Of a stretch of DNA of 64,000 nt, positions 50,900 to 61,041 are shown one piece after another. The stretch lies in NCBI GenBank assembly GCA_018817165.1, contig JAHITY010000015.1, positions 36,354 through 100,353 of the forward strand, read 5' to 3'. The position numbers and the translations under genes were made by a program. Position 1 is the stretch's first letter; each line of letters begins with the position of its first letter. The notes under the pieces were generated by a model. That model saw only the letters and a list, made by a program, of their open reading frames with translations. It had not been told where the DNA came from and ran no database searches. This DNA comes from Candidatus Omnitrophota bacterium. Lineage in GTDB: Bacteria > Omnitrophota > Gorgyraeia > B26-G9.

Positions 50900-50908
50900 T
50901 TAGTAGTT

Positions 50909-51841
50909 ATGAAAAAAATTAAAGTTGCCGTTATCGGCGCAGGACATTTAGGAAAAATTCACGCTCGCATTTATGCTCAATTCAAAAACTGTGAGTTAAT
51001 CGGTATTTGCGATACTGATCCGGAAAAAGCGAACACCCATGCCCAAAGTTTCTCGACAAAAGCATACACAGACTACACCCAACTTTTAAATAAAGTCGAT
51101 GCCGTAAGCATTGCCACCCCGACCAGTTCACATTTTAAAATAGCCTCGGAATTTCTAAAACACAAAGTGCATGTCATGGTCGAAAAACCAATAACAAAAA
51201 AAATTGTTGAGGCAGAAAAACTGATAAATTTAGCTAAAAAGAACAAAGTCCTCCTCCAGGTAGGACATGTAGAACGGTTTAACCCGGCGATTAAAGCACT
51301 CGCTAGATTATGTAAAGACCCGCAATTTATTGAATGCCATCGATTAAGCCCATTTCCTCTGCGCGGCACTGATGTCAGCGTAATTCTTGATTTAATGATT
51401 CATGATATTGACATCGTTCTTTCTTTGGTCAGATCTCCGGTAAAAAGCATTCACGCGATTGGTGTTAAAGCAATTTCTCAATTTGAAGATATAGCCAATG
51501 TCCGACTTACTTTTGCCAATGGCACAGTCTGCAACCTGACTTCCAGCCGGATCAGTGATGATGTTATGCGCAAAATCAGAATATTTCAAAAAAATTCCTA
51601 TATAAGCTTGGATTATGCTTTACAAAAAATAATTATGTACAAAAAAACCGGAATAAAAATAACAAAAAAAGAAATCGCTGTTGAAAAAAAAGAACCTCTG
51701 GTAGAAGAGCTGTATTCTTTCATCCAATGCATAAAAACGAAAAAAACTCCTTTAGTTCAAGGTCAGGATGCCAAAGAAGCTCTAAATATCGCCTTGAAGA
51801 TTACTAAAATAATCCAAAAGAACCAAAACAATATCCTCTGA
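50909..51841 (+). CDS. Gfo/Idh/MocA-family oxidoreductase
   Basis: N-terminal Rossmann motif KVAVIGAGHLGKIH. It sits next to lpxB, a common pairing. Confidence 0.8.
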   Translation: MKKIKVAVIGAGHLGKIHARIYAQFKNCELIGICDTDPEKANTHAQSFSTKAYTDYTQLLNKVDAVSIATPTSSHFKIASEFLKHKVHVMVEKPITKKIVEAEKLINLAKKNKVLLQVGHVERFNPAIKALARLCKDPQFIECHRLSPFPLRGTDVSVILDLMIHDIDIVLSLVRSPVKSIHAIGVKAISQFEDIANVRLTFANGTVCNLTSSRISDDVMRKIRIFQKNSYISLDYALQKIIMYKKTGIKITKKEIAVEKKEPLVEELYSFIQCIKTKKTPLVQGQDAKEALNIALKITKIIQKNQNNIL

Positions 51842-51890
51842 AAAATATTTAATTAAAAATTTAACGCTAAAACCTACATCCAATATTCCT

Positions 51891-53036
51891 ATGAGCGATT
51901 CGATAATTATTATAGCTGGTGAGCCTTCTGCTGATATGCATGGCGCTGCTTTGGTAAAAGAACTTAAAAAGCACGATCCTGAATTAATGTTTTACGGCAT
52001 CGGCAGTAGCCTTATGCAAAAAGCTGGAGTAGAAATATTTACTGATCTGGCACAATATGCGGTTATCGGCTTTATTGAAGTTTTAAAACATTATCCGATT
52101 TTTAAAAAAGCGTTTGATTTAACTTTAGAAAAAATTCAGCAAATCAAACCTAAAGCTTTAATTTTAATTGATTATCCTGGATTTAATCTCCGGCTGGCAA
52201 AGAAAGTAAAACAATTATTTCCTGATATAAAAATAATTTATTATATTAGCCCGCAAGTCTGGGCCTGGGGTAAAAAAAGAATAAAATTAATTGAAAAAAT
52301 CGTAGATAAAATGCTGGTTGTTTTTGATTTTGAAGCTGAATTATATCAGGATAATGGCATTGAGGCTGAATTTGTCGGACATCCTCTAATGGAAAGCATT
52401 GTTTTATCTAAAAATAAAACTGAATTAATAAAATCAAAAAATTTAAAATTAACTGATACGATTATTGCCCTTTTGCCTGGATCAAGGCAAATTGAAGTAA
52501 AAAGACTATTACCCGTTATGCTCTCCAGTGCTGATAAATTACACAAACAGATGCCTGAGATTAAGTTTCTCCTGATCAAAGCTGCCAATATCAAAGAGCA
52601 AGCAATCGCCGCATATCTTAAAAATTATGCGCATTTACCCCTTAATATTATCTCAGAGCATAGCTATGATTTTATGAGCATTTGCTCATATGCCTGGGTT
52701 TGCTCCGGCACAGCCACTTTGGAAACAGCGATTATTGGTATTCCCATGCTGATTACCTATAAAACTAGCTGGCTTACTTGGTTAATGTCTAAAATACTGA
52801 TCAAGCTGCCGTATATTGGTTTGGTCAATATTGTTGCCAAAAAAAAGATTGTCCCTGAGTTTATTCAGGGACAATCTAATAAAAATAATATTGTTAATTG
52901 TACTGTTAATTTTTTAAACCAGGATTCCGATTTTAAACATCGCCAAAAACAAAAACTTTTAAGCATTAAAAACAAACTTGGCTCAGGCAATGTTAATCAA
53001 AATGCTGCTCAAGCTATAATAAAAACCATTCATTAA
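51891..53036 (+). CDS. lpxB: Lipid-A-disaccharide synthase
   Basis: IIAGEPSADMHGA at the N-terminus. Length 381 aa. Confidence 0.85.
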   Translation: MSDSIIIIAGEPSADMHGAALVKELKKHDPELMFYGIGSSLMQKAGVEIFTDLAQYAVIGFIEVLKHYPIFKKAFDLTLEKIQQIKPKALILIDYPGFNLRLAKKVKQLFPDIKIIYYISPQVWAWGKKRIKLIEKIVDKMLVVFDFEAELYQDNGIEAEFVGHPLMESIVLSKNKTELIKSKNLKLTDTIIALLPGSRQIEVKRLLPVMLSSADKLHKQMPEIKFLLIKAANIKEQAIAAYLKNYAHLPLNIISEHSYDFMSICSYAWVCSGTATLETAIIGIPMLITYKTSWLTWLMSKILIKLPYIGLVNIVAKKKIVPEFIQGQSNKNNIVNCTVNFLNQDSDFKHRQKQKLLSIKNKLGSGNVNQNAAQAIIKTIH

Positions 53037-53413
53037 AGACCCCAGGTACCAGCCTCAACACCATTCTCATCCAAACTAATAGTTTGTAATGCATAAGGAC
53101 CGGTTAGTCGCGATGCTTGTATATTAAGCGGCCCAGTAGTAACAGTATAACTCCAAGAAGCATTAGTACCAGTATTGGGATTTTCCAAGCCAATAGCATT
53201 CCATTCAGCATCATTAGTTGGAGCAATAAAATCTCTGCGCTCAGCAGCATAACTTTGCTCAGCAGCCCTGATTGATTCTAAGGTTGCTCTAGCCTCACGC
53301 GCTCGCGCTCTTTCAACAGTATTAATATAATTAGGAATCGCAATACTGACTAAAATCGCAATAATCATAACTGTAAGCATTAATTCAATCAATGTAAACG
53401 CTTTTTTCTTCAT
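53033..53413 (-). CDS. Type IV pilin / pseudopilin
   Basis: MKKKA|FTLIELMLTVMIIAILVSIAIP is a prepilin leader plus an N-methylation hydrophobic segment. Ala is at position -1. Confidence 0.75.
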   Translation of the reverse strand: MKKKAFTLIELMLTVMIIAILVSIAIPNYINTVERARAREARATLESIRAAEQSYAAERRDFIAPTNDAEWNAIGLENPNTGTNASWSYTVTTGPLNIQASRLTGPYALQTISLDENGVEAGTWGL

Positions 53414-53429
53414 AATCTCCTCCGATTAA

Positions 53430-54674
53430 TTACCCCGTTACTGCGGATGCTAATTTAAATATTGGCATAAACATAGCAACAACTAAAAATCCAACAAGGC
53501 CACCCATAAATACTAACATAAACGGTTCAATAAGCGCTGATAATCTTTCCACAACCATTGATATTCTTTCCTCGTAAAACACCGCCACATGCTTAAGCAT
53601 ATCAGAAAGCTCACCTGTTTCTTCTCCAACATTAACCATTAAAACAACCATCGGCGGGAAAATTCCGCATTGCTCCAAAGGCTCAGCAATTGATTTACCA
53701 TCACGAACACTATCCTTAACCATTTCTAAAGCGTCTTCAATAACTTTATTACCTACAGTTTTGGTAACAATTTCCAATGCGTATAGAATTGGAACACCAC
53801 TAGAAATCATCGTTCCTAAACCTCTGGCAAAATTAGCAATCGCGATATTTCTAAACAATGTACCAAAAACAGGCATCTTAAGCTTAAAATGATCAAAATA
53901 GAGCCTCCCCTTGGATGTTTTTAAAACTTTTTTTATAAAGAATATAATCCCTGGAGTTGCGATTATCATCAGTAAAGCATATTTACGCAAAAAATCACTA
54001 AGATCTACGACAAATTGAGTGGCTGAAGGAAGCGTTGCTCCAAACCCTGAAAACATATTAGCAAAAACCGGAACAATTTTCACTATAAATATTAAAATAC
54101 ATACCAAACAAACAACTAAAAGAATCGCTGGATAAGTTAGTGCTGAAACTACTTTTCTCTGCAATTCTCCTGAACTTTCAAAATACTGCGCTATTTGCTC
54201 AAGAACTGAAGGTAATTGTCCTGAAGCTTCACCTGTTCCCACCAGATTAACCCAAAAAGAAGAAAATACTTTAGGATGTTTATCTAAAGCATCTCGCAAA
54301 GTACTTCCACTTTGAATATCTTCTTTAATCTTCTCAACAGCATCACGTAAAGAAGCACTATCAATCTGTTTAGCTAATACAGATAAACTTCTTAACAAAG
54401 GAACTCCAGCATTAAGTAAAGTTCCCAACTGCCTGGCGAAAATACATAAATCGTCAACTTTAACTTTTCGAGAAAGCGCAATACTTTTCCCAAATTTAAG
54501 ATTTAAACTCTTTAATTTTTGTTTTACGACAATTTCCTGAACTGAAGTTATCAATAATGCTCTGCGTTGAAGTATTTCTATGACTTCATTCTGGGTCTCA
54601 GCAATCATTGTACCCTGGACTAAATTACCTTCCGAGTCTCTTGCTTTATATAAAAAATCCGGCATTCTAGTCAA
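53430..54674 (-). CDS. Type IV pilus / T2SS platform protein (PilC/GspF)
   Basis: Duplicated GspF domain with 3 TM segments. Confidence 0.8.
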   Translation of the reverse strand: MTRMPDFLYKARDSEGNLVQGTMIAETQNEVIEILQRRALLITSVQEIVVKQKLKSLNLKFGKSIALSRKVKVDDLCIFARQLGTLLNAGVPLLRSLSVLAKQIDSASLRDAVEKIKEDIQSGSTLRDALDKHPKVFSSFWVNLVGTGEASGQLPSVLEQIAQYFESSGELQRKVVSALTYPAILLVVCLVCILIFIVKIVPVFANMFSGFGATLPSATQFVVDLSDFLRKYALLMIIATPGIIFFIKKVLKTSKGRLYFDHFKLKMPVFGTLFRNIAIANFARGLGTMISSGVPILYALEIVTKTVGNKVIEDALEMVKDSVRDGKSIAEPLEQCGIFPPMVVLMVNVGEETGELSDMLKHVAVFYEERISMVVERLSALIEPFMLVFMGGLVGFLVVAMFMPIFKLASAVTG

Positions 54675-54785
54675 TATCTCCTAAAAATTTAATTGCTACA
54701 GAATTATAATTGTTTCCTAACTAAAATTTAATTATATTAATAAGTATACCATATGTTTGGCATTTAGGCTGGCGTTAAAGATTAT

Positions 54786-56489
54786 TTAATCAGAAACAGT
54801 AACTGCAACTACTTCCTCAAGAGTGGTGATTCCTTGTTTCATTTTCTCAATGCCACATTGATATAAACTTCTCATTCCAATAGCTTCCGCTCTTTTTCTG
54901 ATTTCATCACTTGATTTGCGGTAATAAATCATATTTCTGATTTCCTCACTAATTTGAAGAAGTTCATATATTCCAATTCTGCCTTTAAATCCGGTAAAGC
55001 GGCATTCTTCACAGCCTTGAGATTCAAAAATAGTATCTCCTGGCTCCAAATTCAAGTCTTTATATTTCACACCAGGATTTTCTAAAGGCTGCTTACATTT
55101 ATCACACAATCTACGAATTAATCTCTGGGCAACGACCAGTCTTAGCGAAGAAACAAGCAAAAAAGGTTCAATTCCAATATCCATAATTCTAGTTACCGCA
55201 GTAGGCGCATCATTAGTATGTAAAGTACTTAAAACCAAATGACCGGTTAATGCCGCCCGAATACACATTTGAGCTGTCTCTAAGTCTCTGACTTCTCCCA
55301 CCATAATAACATCGGGATCTTGCCTTAAAAAAGCGCGAAGAGTATTAGCAAAATTAAGACCGATAAGCGGTTTAACCTGCACTTGATTGATCCCATCAAG
55401 TTTATATTCAACAGGATCCTCACAAGTAATAATATTTTTTCGCGGACTTTTAATCGCATTGAGCATTGTATATAATGAGGTAGATTTTCCTGATCCAGTC
55501 GGTCCGGTTACAAAAATCATTCCATATGGTTTAAAAATTTCTCTGCGTAGCAGTTTTAAGTCACGAGCATCAAACCCTAAGTATTTAAATTCTAAAGGCA
55601 ATTTTGCTTGATCAAGTAAACGCATAACTATTTTTTCGCCAAATATAGCCGGGATACTATTTACCCGAACATCAATAATTTTTTCACCAAAGGCAATAGA
55701 AAATCCTCCATCCTGAGGAAGTCTACGTTCAGCAATATCCATTTTAGCTAAAATTTTAATACGGGAAATAATCGCAAAATACATTTTTTTATCAGGCGAG
55801 TTTGCGTCATAAAGCACGCCGTCTATTCGGTACCTTAAACTCACTCTTTCTTCAAAATGTTCAATATGTATATCCGAGGCTCCCTGTTCAATAGCGTCAC
55901 TTAAAATAAGATCAACAAACTTAACAACTGGCGCGGCATCTGCTTCAGAAACAACATCACGCACATCTGTTTCTTTTATATCACGATTATCATCCCCATC
56001 CATTAAAATAAATTTTTCCTGGATGTTTTTCTTCTCCATGTCTTTACTTTTATAGAAATCATTGATTGCTTTATCCATGTCGCTGCTTGTAGTCACAACA
56101 ACATTAACATCACATCCAGCCATTTTCATAACATCATCAATAGTCATAATATCCAATGGATCAACCATGGCGATAGTGATAGTATTACTGTGTTTGGACA
56201 ATGGAAGCATTCGATGATATCTAGCGTAATCTTCAGGAATTAATTTTTCAAGCTCTTGATGTAAATTAGGACGCAATAAACCTTTTTCGATTGAAGCAAA
56301 TAAAATTCCCATCTGTTTGGAAAGCGCTCCGGCAATATCTTTTTCCGAGACAAATTTCTTTTGAATTAAAATCTCTCCCAGCTTAACTCCAGTTTCCTTC
56401 TGCTCGTCTAAAACAGCGAGTAATTGCTCTTCAGAAAGCAACCCTTGTTTAATTAAAATATCACCTAATTTTAAATTTGATTTAATCAT
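54786..56489 (-). CDS. Type IV pilus assembly ATPase (PilB/GspE)
   Basis: N-terminal N1 domain, Walker A GPTGSGKST and a CxxC tetracysteine motif. Confidence 0.85.
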   Translation of the reverse strand: MIKSNLKLGDILIKQGLLSEEQLLAVLDEQKETGVKLGEILIQKKFVSEKDIAGALSKQMGILFASIEKGLLRPNLHQELEKLIPEDYARYHRMLPLSKHSNTITIAMVDPLDIMTIDDVMKMAGCDVNVVVTTSSDMDKAINDFYKSKDMEKKNIQEKFILMDGDDNRDIKETDVRDVVSEADAAPVVKFVDLILSDAIEQGASDIHIEHFEERVSLRYRIDGVLYDANSPDKKMYFAIISRIKILAKMDIAERRLPQDGGFSIAFGEKIIDVRVNSIPAIFGEKIVMRLLDQAKLPLEFKYLGFDARDLKLLRREIFKPYGMIFVTGPTGSGKSTSLYTMLNAIKSPRKNIITCEDPVEYKLDGINQVQVKPLIGLNFANTLRAFLRQDPDVIMVGEVRDLETAQMCIRAALTGHLVLSTLHTNDAPTAVTRIMDIGIEPFLLVSSLRLVVAQRLIRRLCDKCKQPLENPGVKYKDLNLEPGDTIFESQGCEECRFTGFKGRIGIYELLQISEEIRNMIYYRKSSDEIRKRAEAIGMRSLYQCGIEKMKQGITTLEEVVAVTVSD

Positions 56490-56511
56490 AATTTCACCTA
56501 TATAAGATTCC

Positions 56512-58179
56512 CTATTTAACCAGATCTACTGTACTTAAACTTGAGCTCTGGACAGTCAGATCAATACTGGGATCCAAAACATCTTCCTGCTCTCTAAATG
56601 GCATTCCTTTTAACATATCATCCGTCGCTGCGGAAGTCTTTTTTTGATCAATAATTTTATCTTTAGTGCCAAGAGTTTCTTTATTTTCAGCTTTATTATC
56701 TACATTTAGTTCTGGTTTAGCCTGAGGACTTGCAGCTACTCCCTTATTAAAACTATCACTCATCCACATTTCTACTTTTTCTGATGGATTTACGATTCTC
56801 GGAGTAACAAAAATCAATAATTCTTTATCAATCCGATCATTACTAGTATGTCTAAACAAAGCGCCAAACAATGGTAAATCCCCTAACCACGGTACTTTTG
56901 TCTTTGATTCCTGATCTTCTGTAGTAATAAATCCGCCGATTGCTATAGTCTCGCCATCACGTGACATAACAACAGTGCGCATGCTCCGTGAGTGCGGATC
57001 AACAAATTGACCATCAGCATTTCCAAAAACAGAAGCAACCGGACGGGAAATACTTGGCTCCAAAAGAATTGAGACAAAACCTTCTTCCGCATTAATAATC
57101 GGAACTAAGCGCAGGATTGTCCCCACTTCCATTCTTTCTACTTTTGTTGTTGTATCCCCTGTATCTTTATCAGTCGTAGTTTGCACAGAAACTATTTGAT
57201 CAGCCGTAACTTTAATTTCCGCCCATTCCCGATCCTGAACTAAAATTCTTGGTTTAGCTAAAAATTTTGTATTTGAGTCTGTCTGGAGCATCTCCATCAC
57301 CCAGTTCATTGCCGTTGATGATAAAAGTCCGTAATTAAAAAAGGCACTATTCTTTAGAGGCGAATTAACCACCGAAAAACCCGGAGCGCTACGATCACGC
57401 ATTCCGCTAAAAGGAAAACTGGTTATTGTTTCTGGCCCCGAAAAAGACATCATCTCTTTGCCCCATTTCATCCCGATATCTTTTAAATAATTAGATGTTG
57501 TTTCAATTAACTCAACTTCAAGCATAACCTCTGCTATGGGACGATCAATTTCACCAATAACCTGATCAATAAGTTTAAACCTATCCGGAACATCAGTAAT
57601 AATTAATATATTAGTATAATCAATAACAACTCCAAATTCACTGAGCAAAGGTTTAATAATTCCTGCCCAGCCCCCAGCGCTGGCGGTTTTCTCCTCACGA
57701 GCTTTCCCACTACTCTTAGCTAAAAGATATTGCCCAGGAGAAACATTGCCATGATAATACCTTATTTTATAGACTCGAGTAATGGTTTGAATTGGAAGTG
57801 TCGGCTTAGCATTAACAATTAAAATATTGCTCCCCGGATTTTGTTGCAGTCCGAGATTATTCGCGTCTAAAAGAGTTTTTAGCGCATCTTCGACTAAAAC
57901 ATCATTCATATAAAGCGTAATTGCTCTATCCTCTATATTTTTTGCGGCTACAAAGTTTAATCCTGATTGTTGAGAAAAGACTTTTAATACATCCTTTAGA
58001 TCCGCATCTTTAAAATCCAGCGAAACCAAGCCAGTATCATCAGCCTCCGCAATCTCTAAATCATCCTCTATCGCATACTCCGTCTGAGCTTGGGCAAAAA
58101 CAAAACTAGGTTGATCGATACTCATCAAAAAAGCTAAATTCAGCCACAACATAATCAGTATCGCAAAAATCCTTTTCAT
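56512..58179 (-). CDS. Secretin (PilQ/GspD family)
   Basis: Signal peptide, N0/STN-like domain and a C-terminal secretin domain ending LIFVTPRIV. The listed ORF to 58233 has a basic 18-codon N-terminus that overlaps the upstream gene. Confidence 0.8.
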   Translation of the reverse strand: MKRIFAILIMLWLNLAFLMSIDQPSFVFAQAQTEYAIEDDLEIAEADDTGLVSLDFKDADLKDVLKVFSQQSGLNFVAAKNIEDRAITLYMNDVLVEDALKTLLDANNLGLQQNPGSNILIVNAKPTLPIQTITRVYKIRYYHGNVSPGQYLLAKSSGKAREEKTASAGGWAGIIKPLLSEFGVVIDYTNILIITDVPDRFKLIDQVIGEIDRPIAEVMLEVELIETTSNYLKDIGMKWGKEMMSFSGPETITSFPFSGMRDRSAPGFSVVNSPLKNSAFFNYGLLSSTAMNWVMEMLQTDSNTKFLAKPRILVQDREWAEIKVTADQIVSVQTTTDKDTGDTTTKVERMEVGTILRLVPIINAEEGFVSILLEPSISRPVASVFGNADGQFVDPHSRSMRTVVMSRDGETIAIGGFITTEDQESKTKVPWLGDLPLFGALFRHTSNDRIDKELLIFVTPRIVNPSEKVEMWMSDSFNKGVAASPQAKPELNVDNKAENKETLGTKDKIIDQKKTSAATDDMLKGMPFREQEDVLDPSIDLTVQSSSLSTVDLVK

Positions 58180-58189
58180 TTCTAGCTCC

Positions 58190-58735
58190 TTATCTTTTTT
58201 TCTTTTGGTTCTTTTGGTTCTTTGGCCTTTCATAGCCCAGCATTTTTATAAAATAATTATCCCCTTTATAAAATAGAATTATACCTGTTCGCTGAATTTC
58301 TTTTATCTCAAACTCATCAATAAACTCTCCCACATTCATTACCCCACCGTTTATAATAACCTGAGGGACTTTTTTTGAGAAAATAATTCCCTGTAAATCT
58401 ATTTTAGGCACCGACACATTTGCCAATGGTTCAAATCCCGCAAGTTGATCCGGCTTTTCCAGCATCTTACTAACCTCTGATGGAGGACAAAAAGGATCTC
58501 GCTTAGAATCAAACCCAGAATATTTAATTTCGCTTCTCAATTTATTTTTATTTTTTCTAACTGCGGGCGCTTTATTAACATCATCAATAGCACCTTTAGC
58601 GCTGTTTTTTTTAGTCCCAGTTTTTGAAGAAACAGTTTTTTTAGAAATATGTTTTTTAGCCGGAGCGCAATAACAATACTCACTGCTAAAAATAATTATG
58701 CCCATCGCTAATACTAATAATATTTTCTTTAGCAT
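58190..58735 (-). CDS. PilP-like lipoprotein (tentative)
   Basis: Signal peptide with Cys. Call is by position between the pilO-like gene and the secretin, plus size. Confidence 0.4.
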   Translation of the reverse strand: MLKKILLVLAMGIIIFSSEYCYCAPAKKHISKKTVSSKTGTKKNSAKGAIDDVNKAPAVRKNKNKLRSEIKYSGFDSKRDPFCPPSEVSKMLEKPDQLAGFEPLANVSVPKIDLQGIIFSKKVPQVIINGGVMNVGEFIDEFEIKEIQRTGIILFYKGDNYFIKMLGYERPKNQKNQKKKR

Positions 58736-59271
58736 TATCTCTCCAAAATAGTATCTGTTAAAACAAAAGTTGAAAGACTAATTTTGGCATTAATTCTCGG
58801 AGCTTTCGCGTTTTCTTTTTCATTAATTGGAATCATTTCGAGCTTTTCAATTGTCACAAAAATTTCCGCTGACTCAAGTTTGCTCATAAAAATACCCACC
58901 TCATGATAAGTCGCATCCAATTCAAGATTCACGCCTAGCTTGACAAACTCCTCTCGCTTCTCAACAGGAACAGCGGATATAGAAGTAATTTTTAGATTAA
59001 TCTGTCCAGACATTTTTGCGATTTCAGCTAAAAAACGTGAACTTTCACTGATAGCTGCTAGGCCTTCCTTTAGTTTTTTCAAGTTACTTAATTGCACGGC
59101 AATTCTATTTTCGAGCTCCACCCTTTGACGCATTTTTCTAATCTTCATTATTTTAGTATTATGATAATTGAAAATTGCACGCCCCCCCACAAAAACTAAG
59201 ACCACAAAAATTATCATTCCGATAATAAACACTTGTTGAATTTCACGTGGAATAATTTTTTTAATAGCCAT
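58735..59271 (-). CDS. PilO-like bitopic pilus assembly protein
   Basis: A single N-terminal TM helix followed by coiled-coil, then an alpha/beta periplasmic domain. Confidence 0.5.
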   Translation of the reverse strand: MAIKKIIPREIQQVFIIGMIIFVVLVFVGGRAIFNYHNTKIMKIRKMRQRVELENRIAVQLSNLKKLKEGLAAISESSRFLAEIAKMSGQINLKITSISAVPVEKREEFVKLGVNLELDATYHEVGIFMSKLESAEIFVTIEKLEMIPINEKENAKAPRINAKISLSTFVLTDTILER

Positions 59272-59275
59272 GCCG

Positions 59276-60928
59276 TTAATTTTCTCCAGCTTTAGAAAAA
59301 CATGTCATTTCAAAAGACATAACAGGTATACCAAAATAAGCTTCTCTCGAAACAGATCCAGTTTTTATTACCTTAAAATCACTAAAGAACAAATCCTCCA
59401 CTTTTAAGGCTTCGGTGAAATCATTTACAATTTCAATTTCCATACCTTTTTGTTCAGAATAAACAAACCCTTTCAACGATAGCTCTAGACTACGATCTAA
59501 GTAATTTCGATCTTTCGTTGATAATCCAAAATAAAGTTTATTAATCCAGATTCCTGGAGAAATTATTTTTGTCAAAGCACCCATTTTATCTGTTACAATA
59601 AATCTATCTGTAACAATTTTATCATACGCGCCAATTCTCTTTTTTATTTCCAGCTCACCTGTTTTTAGCTGATCTTCACTAAAACTACTCAAATCCATGA
59701 ATTTTGGCGCTGATCTTTTTTCCTGATCCAGTAAATTATTTTCTTTGGAAATAAAGAACGAAGAAACAAGAAACATAATAACAAAACAAGCTAAAAGCGC
59801 ACCTAAACCAAAAACTATCATCTTTATAGTAAGCACTTTAGCTTTTAAGCTAGTCTTTTTTCTTGCCCTAAACAAATCGATTTCTACAGTAGATTTGGTC
59901 AAATTTCTTAAAGCCGCGCCAATAGTAACTGCAAGCATTGGGAAAGTATACGGTAATGGTTTAGCCTTAGGACTAATAATATTTTTTAATGGATCCACTG
60001 TTTTAACTGAGATATTGAATTGTTTTTCTAAAAAAACACTCAATGGACAAGGATTATCCGGTTGATCTTGAGCCGCCTTACTCACTACTTCTAAATCATC
60101 GAAATCATCAACTTCGCCACACAAAATTATTTTACTGACCCTTTCCTTGCCTAATTCTTTTTTATAATATTCAAAGGAAATCTTCAATTCACTGATCATG
60201 TTTTCCAGAGTTGTAACTCGATTGTCCGCAGAACTAATTTTTCCACCCAATAAGAATTCAGCGGTTTCATCATCGATCCATTCTTCTTTTTTAGCCAAAG
60301 AAATATCTCGGACAAAATAAGGGATGCTATTTCTCAAGATTATAATGTTTATTCTTTGGGCATAAAGGTATAAAACCGCATTAGACTTATCTTTTTCTAT
60401 ATCTCCGGAATGCTCTAAAAGACGCAATAAGGCAAAAGAAGCGGTTTCAACAGCAGTGGGCTGGATATCAACTTTGTGGAGGATAGTCAGATGATTTTTT
60501 ATTGACTCTTCTTTTGTGACCAATGAAAGGATTCCCAGCTTTTTCTTTTCCTGGTCTTCCTTTAATATATAGAAACCGGTTACAGCCTCTTCCAATCGGA
60601 AAGGAATATATTTTCTTGCTTCAAATCTTACAGCCTCTTCCAGTTCTTCCGCGCTGATTCTTGGCATTTGAAAATAACGTAATAATACCATACCCGGCAT
60701 TAATACTGTATTAACTCTTTTAAGATCTATTTTTGATTTGTTGACTGCCTTCTTAAGCGCAGAAAGAATAAGCGCTTCTTTATCAGCTGAATCTGATTGT
60801 TCACCATCAAATATATCAATGTGAACAAAATTGGTGAGCTGTATTTTGCCAGCGATTGATTTCATCTGGGCAATTTGTACAGTTTTAGGACCTATGTATA
60901 AACCTACAGTAGTTCTAAAAAAAGCCAT
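59276..60928 (-). CDS. PilM-PilN fusion protein
   Basis: The N-terminal ~340 aa are an actin-like PilM ATPase fold. This is followed by a TM helix (IKMIVFGLGALLACFVIMFLV) and a ~190-aa periplasmic PilN-like domain. Confidence 0.65.
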   Translation of the reverse strand: MAFFRTTVGLYIGPKTVQIAQMKSIAGKIQLTNFVHIDIFDGEQSDSADKEALILSALKKAVNKSKIDLKRVNTVLMPGMVLLRYFQMPRISAEELEEAVRFEARKYIPFRLEEAVTGFYILKEDQEKKKLGILSLVTKEESIKNHLTILHKVDIQPTAVETASFALLRLLEHSGDIEKDKSNAVLYLYAQRINIIILRNSIPYFVRDISLAKKEEWIDDETAEFLLGGKISSADNRVTTLENMISELKISFEYYKKELGKERVSKIILCGEVDDFDDLEVVSKAAQDQPDNPCPLSVFLEKQFNISVKTVDPLKNIISPKAKPLPYTFPMLAVTIGAALRNLTKSTVEIDLFRARKKTSLKAKVLTIKMIVFGLGALLACFVIMFLVSSFFISKENNLLDQEKRSAPKFMDLSSFSEDQLKTGELEIKKRIGAYDKIVTDRFIVTDKMGALTKIISPGIWINKLYFGLSTKDRNYLDRSLELSLKGFVYSEQKGMEIEIVNDFTEALKVEDLFFSDFKVIKTGSVSREAYFGIPVMSFEMTCFSKAGEN

Positions 60929-61041
60929 AATTTAAATCCGTTTATGTTTGTGAAAATCCATTTCACCTCTTTACAATATTTCCTATTACAATAATTTTAT
61001 TATAAACGAAATTATATGTCAAGCTATTTTTAGCAGTTAGA

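Noticed and set aside
50440-50908. Possible tmRNA, 6S or SRP RNA in the long lpxL/lpxB spacer
   Set aside because: I could not find a tRNA-like 3' end (GGTTCGA...CCA), a resume-codon tag reading frame, or the 6S central-bubble symmetry. The region is retained only as an unexplained spacer under the octamer-array finding.
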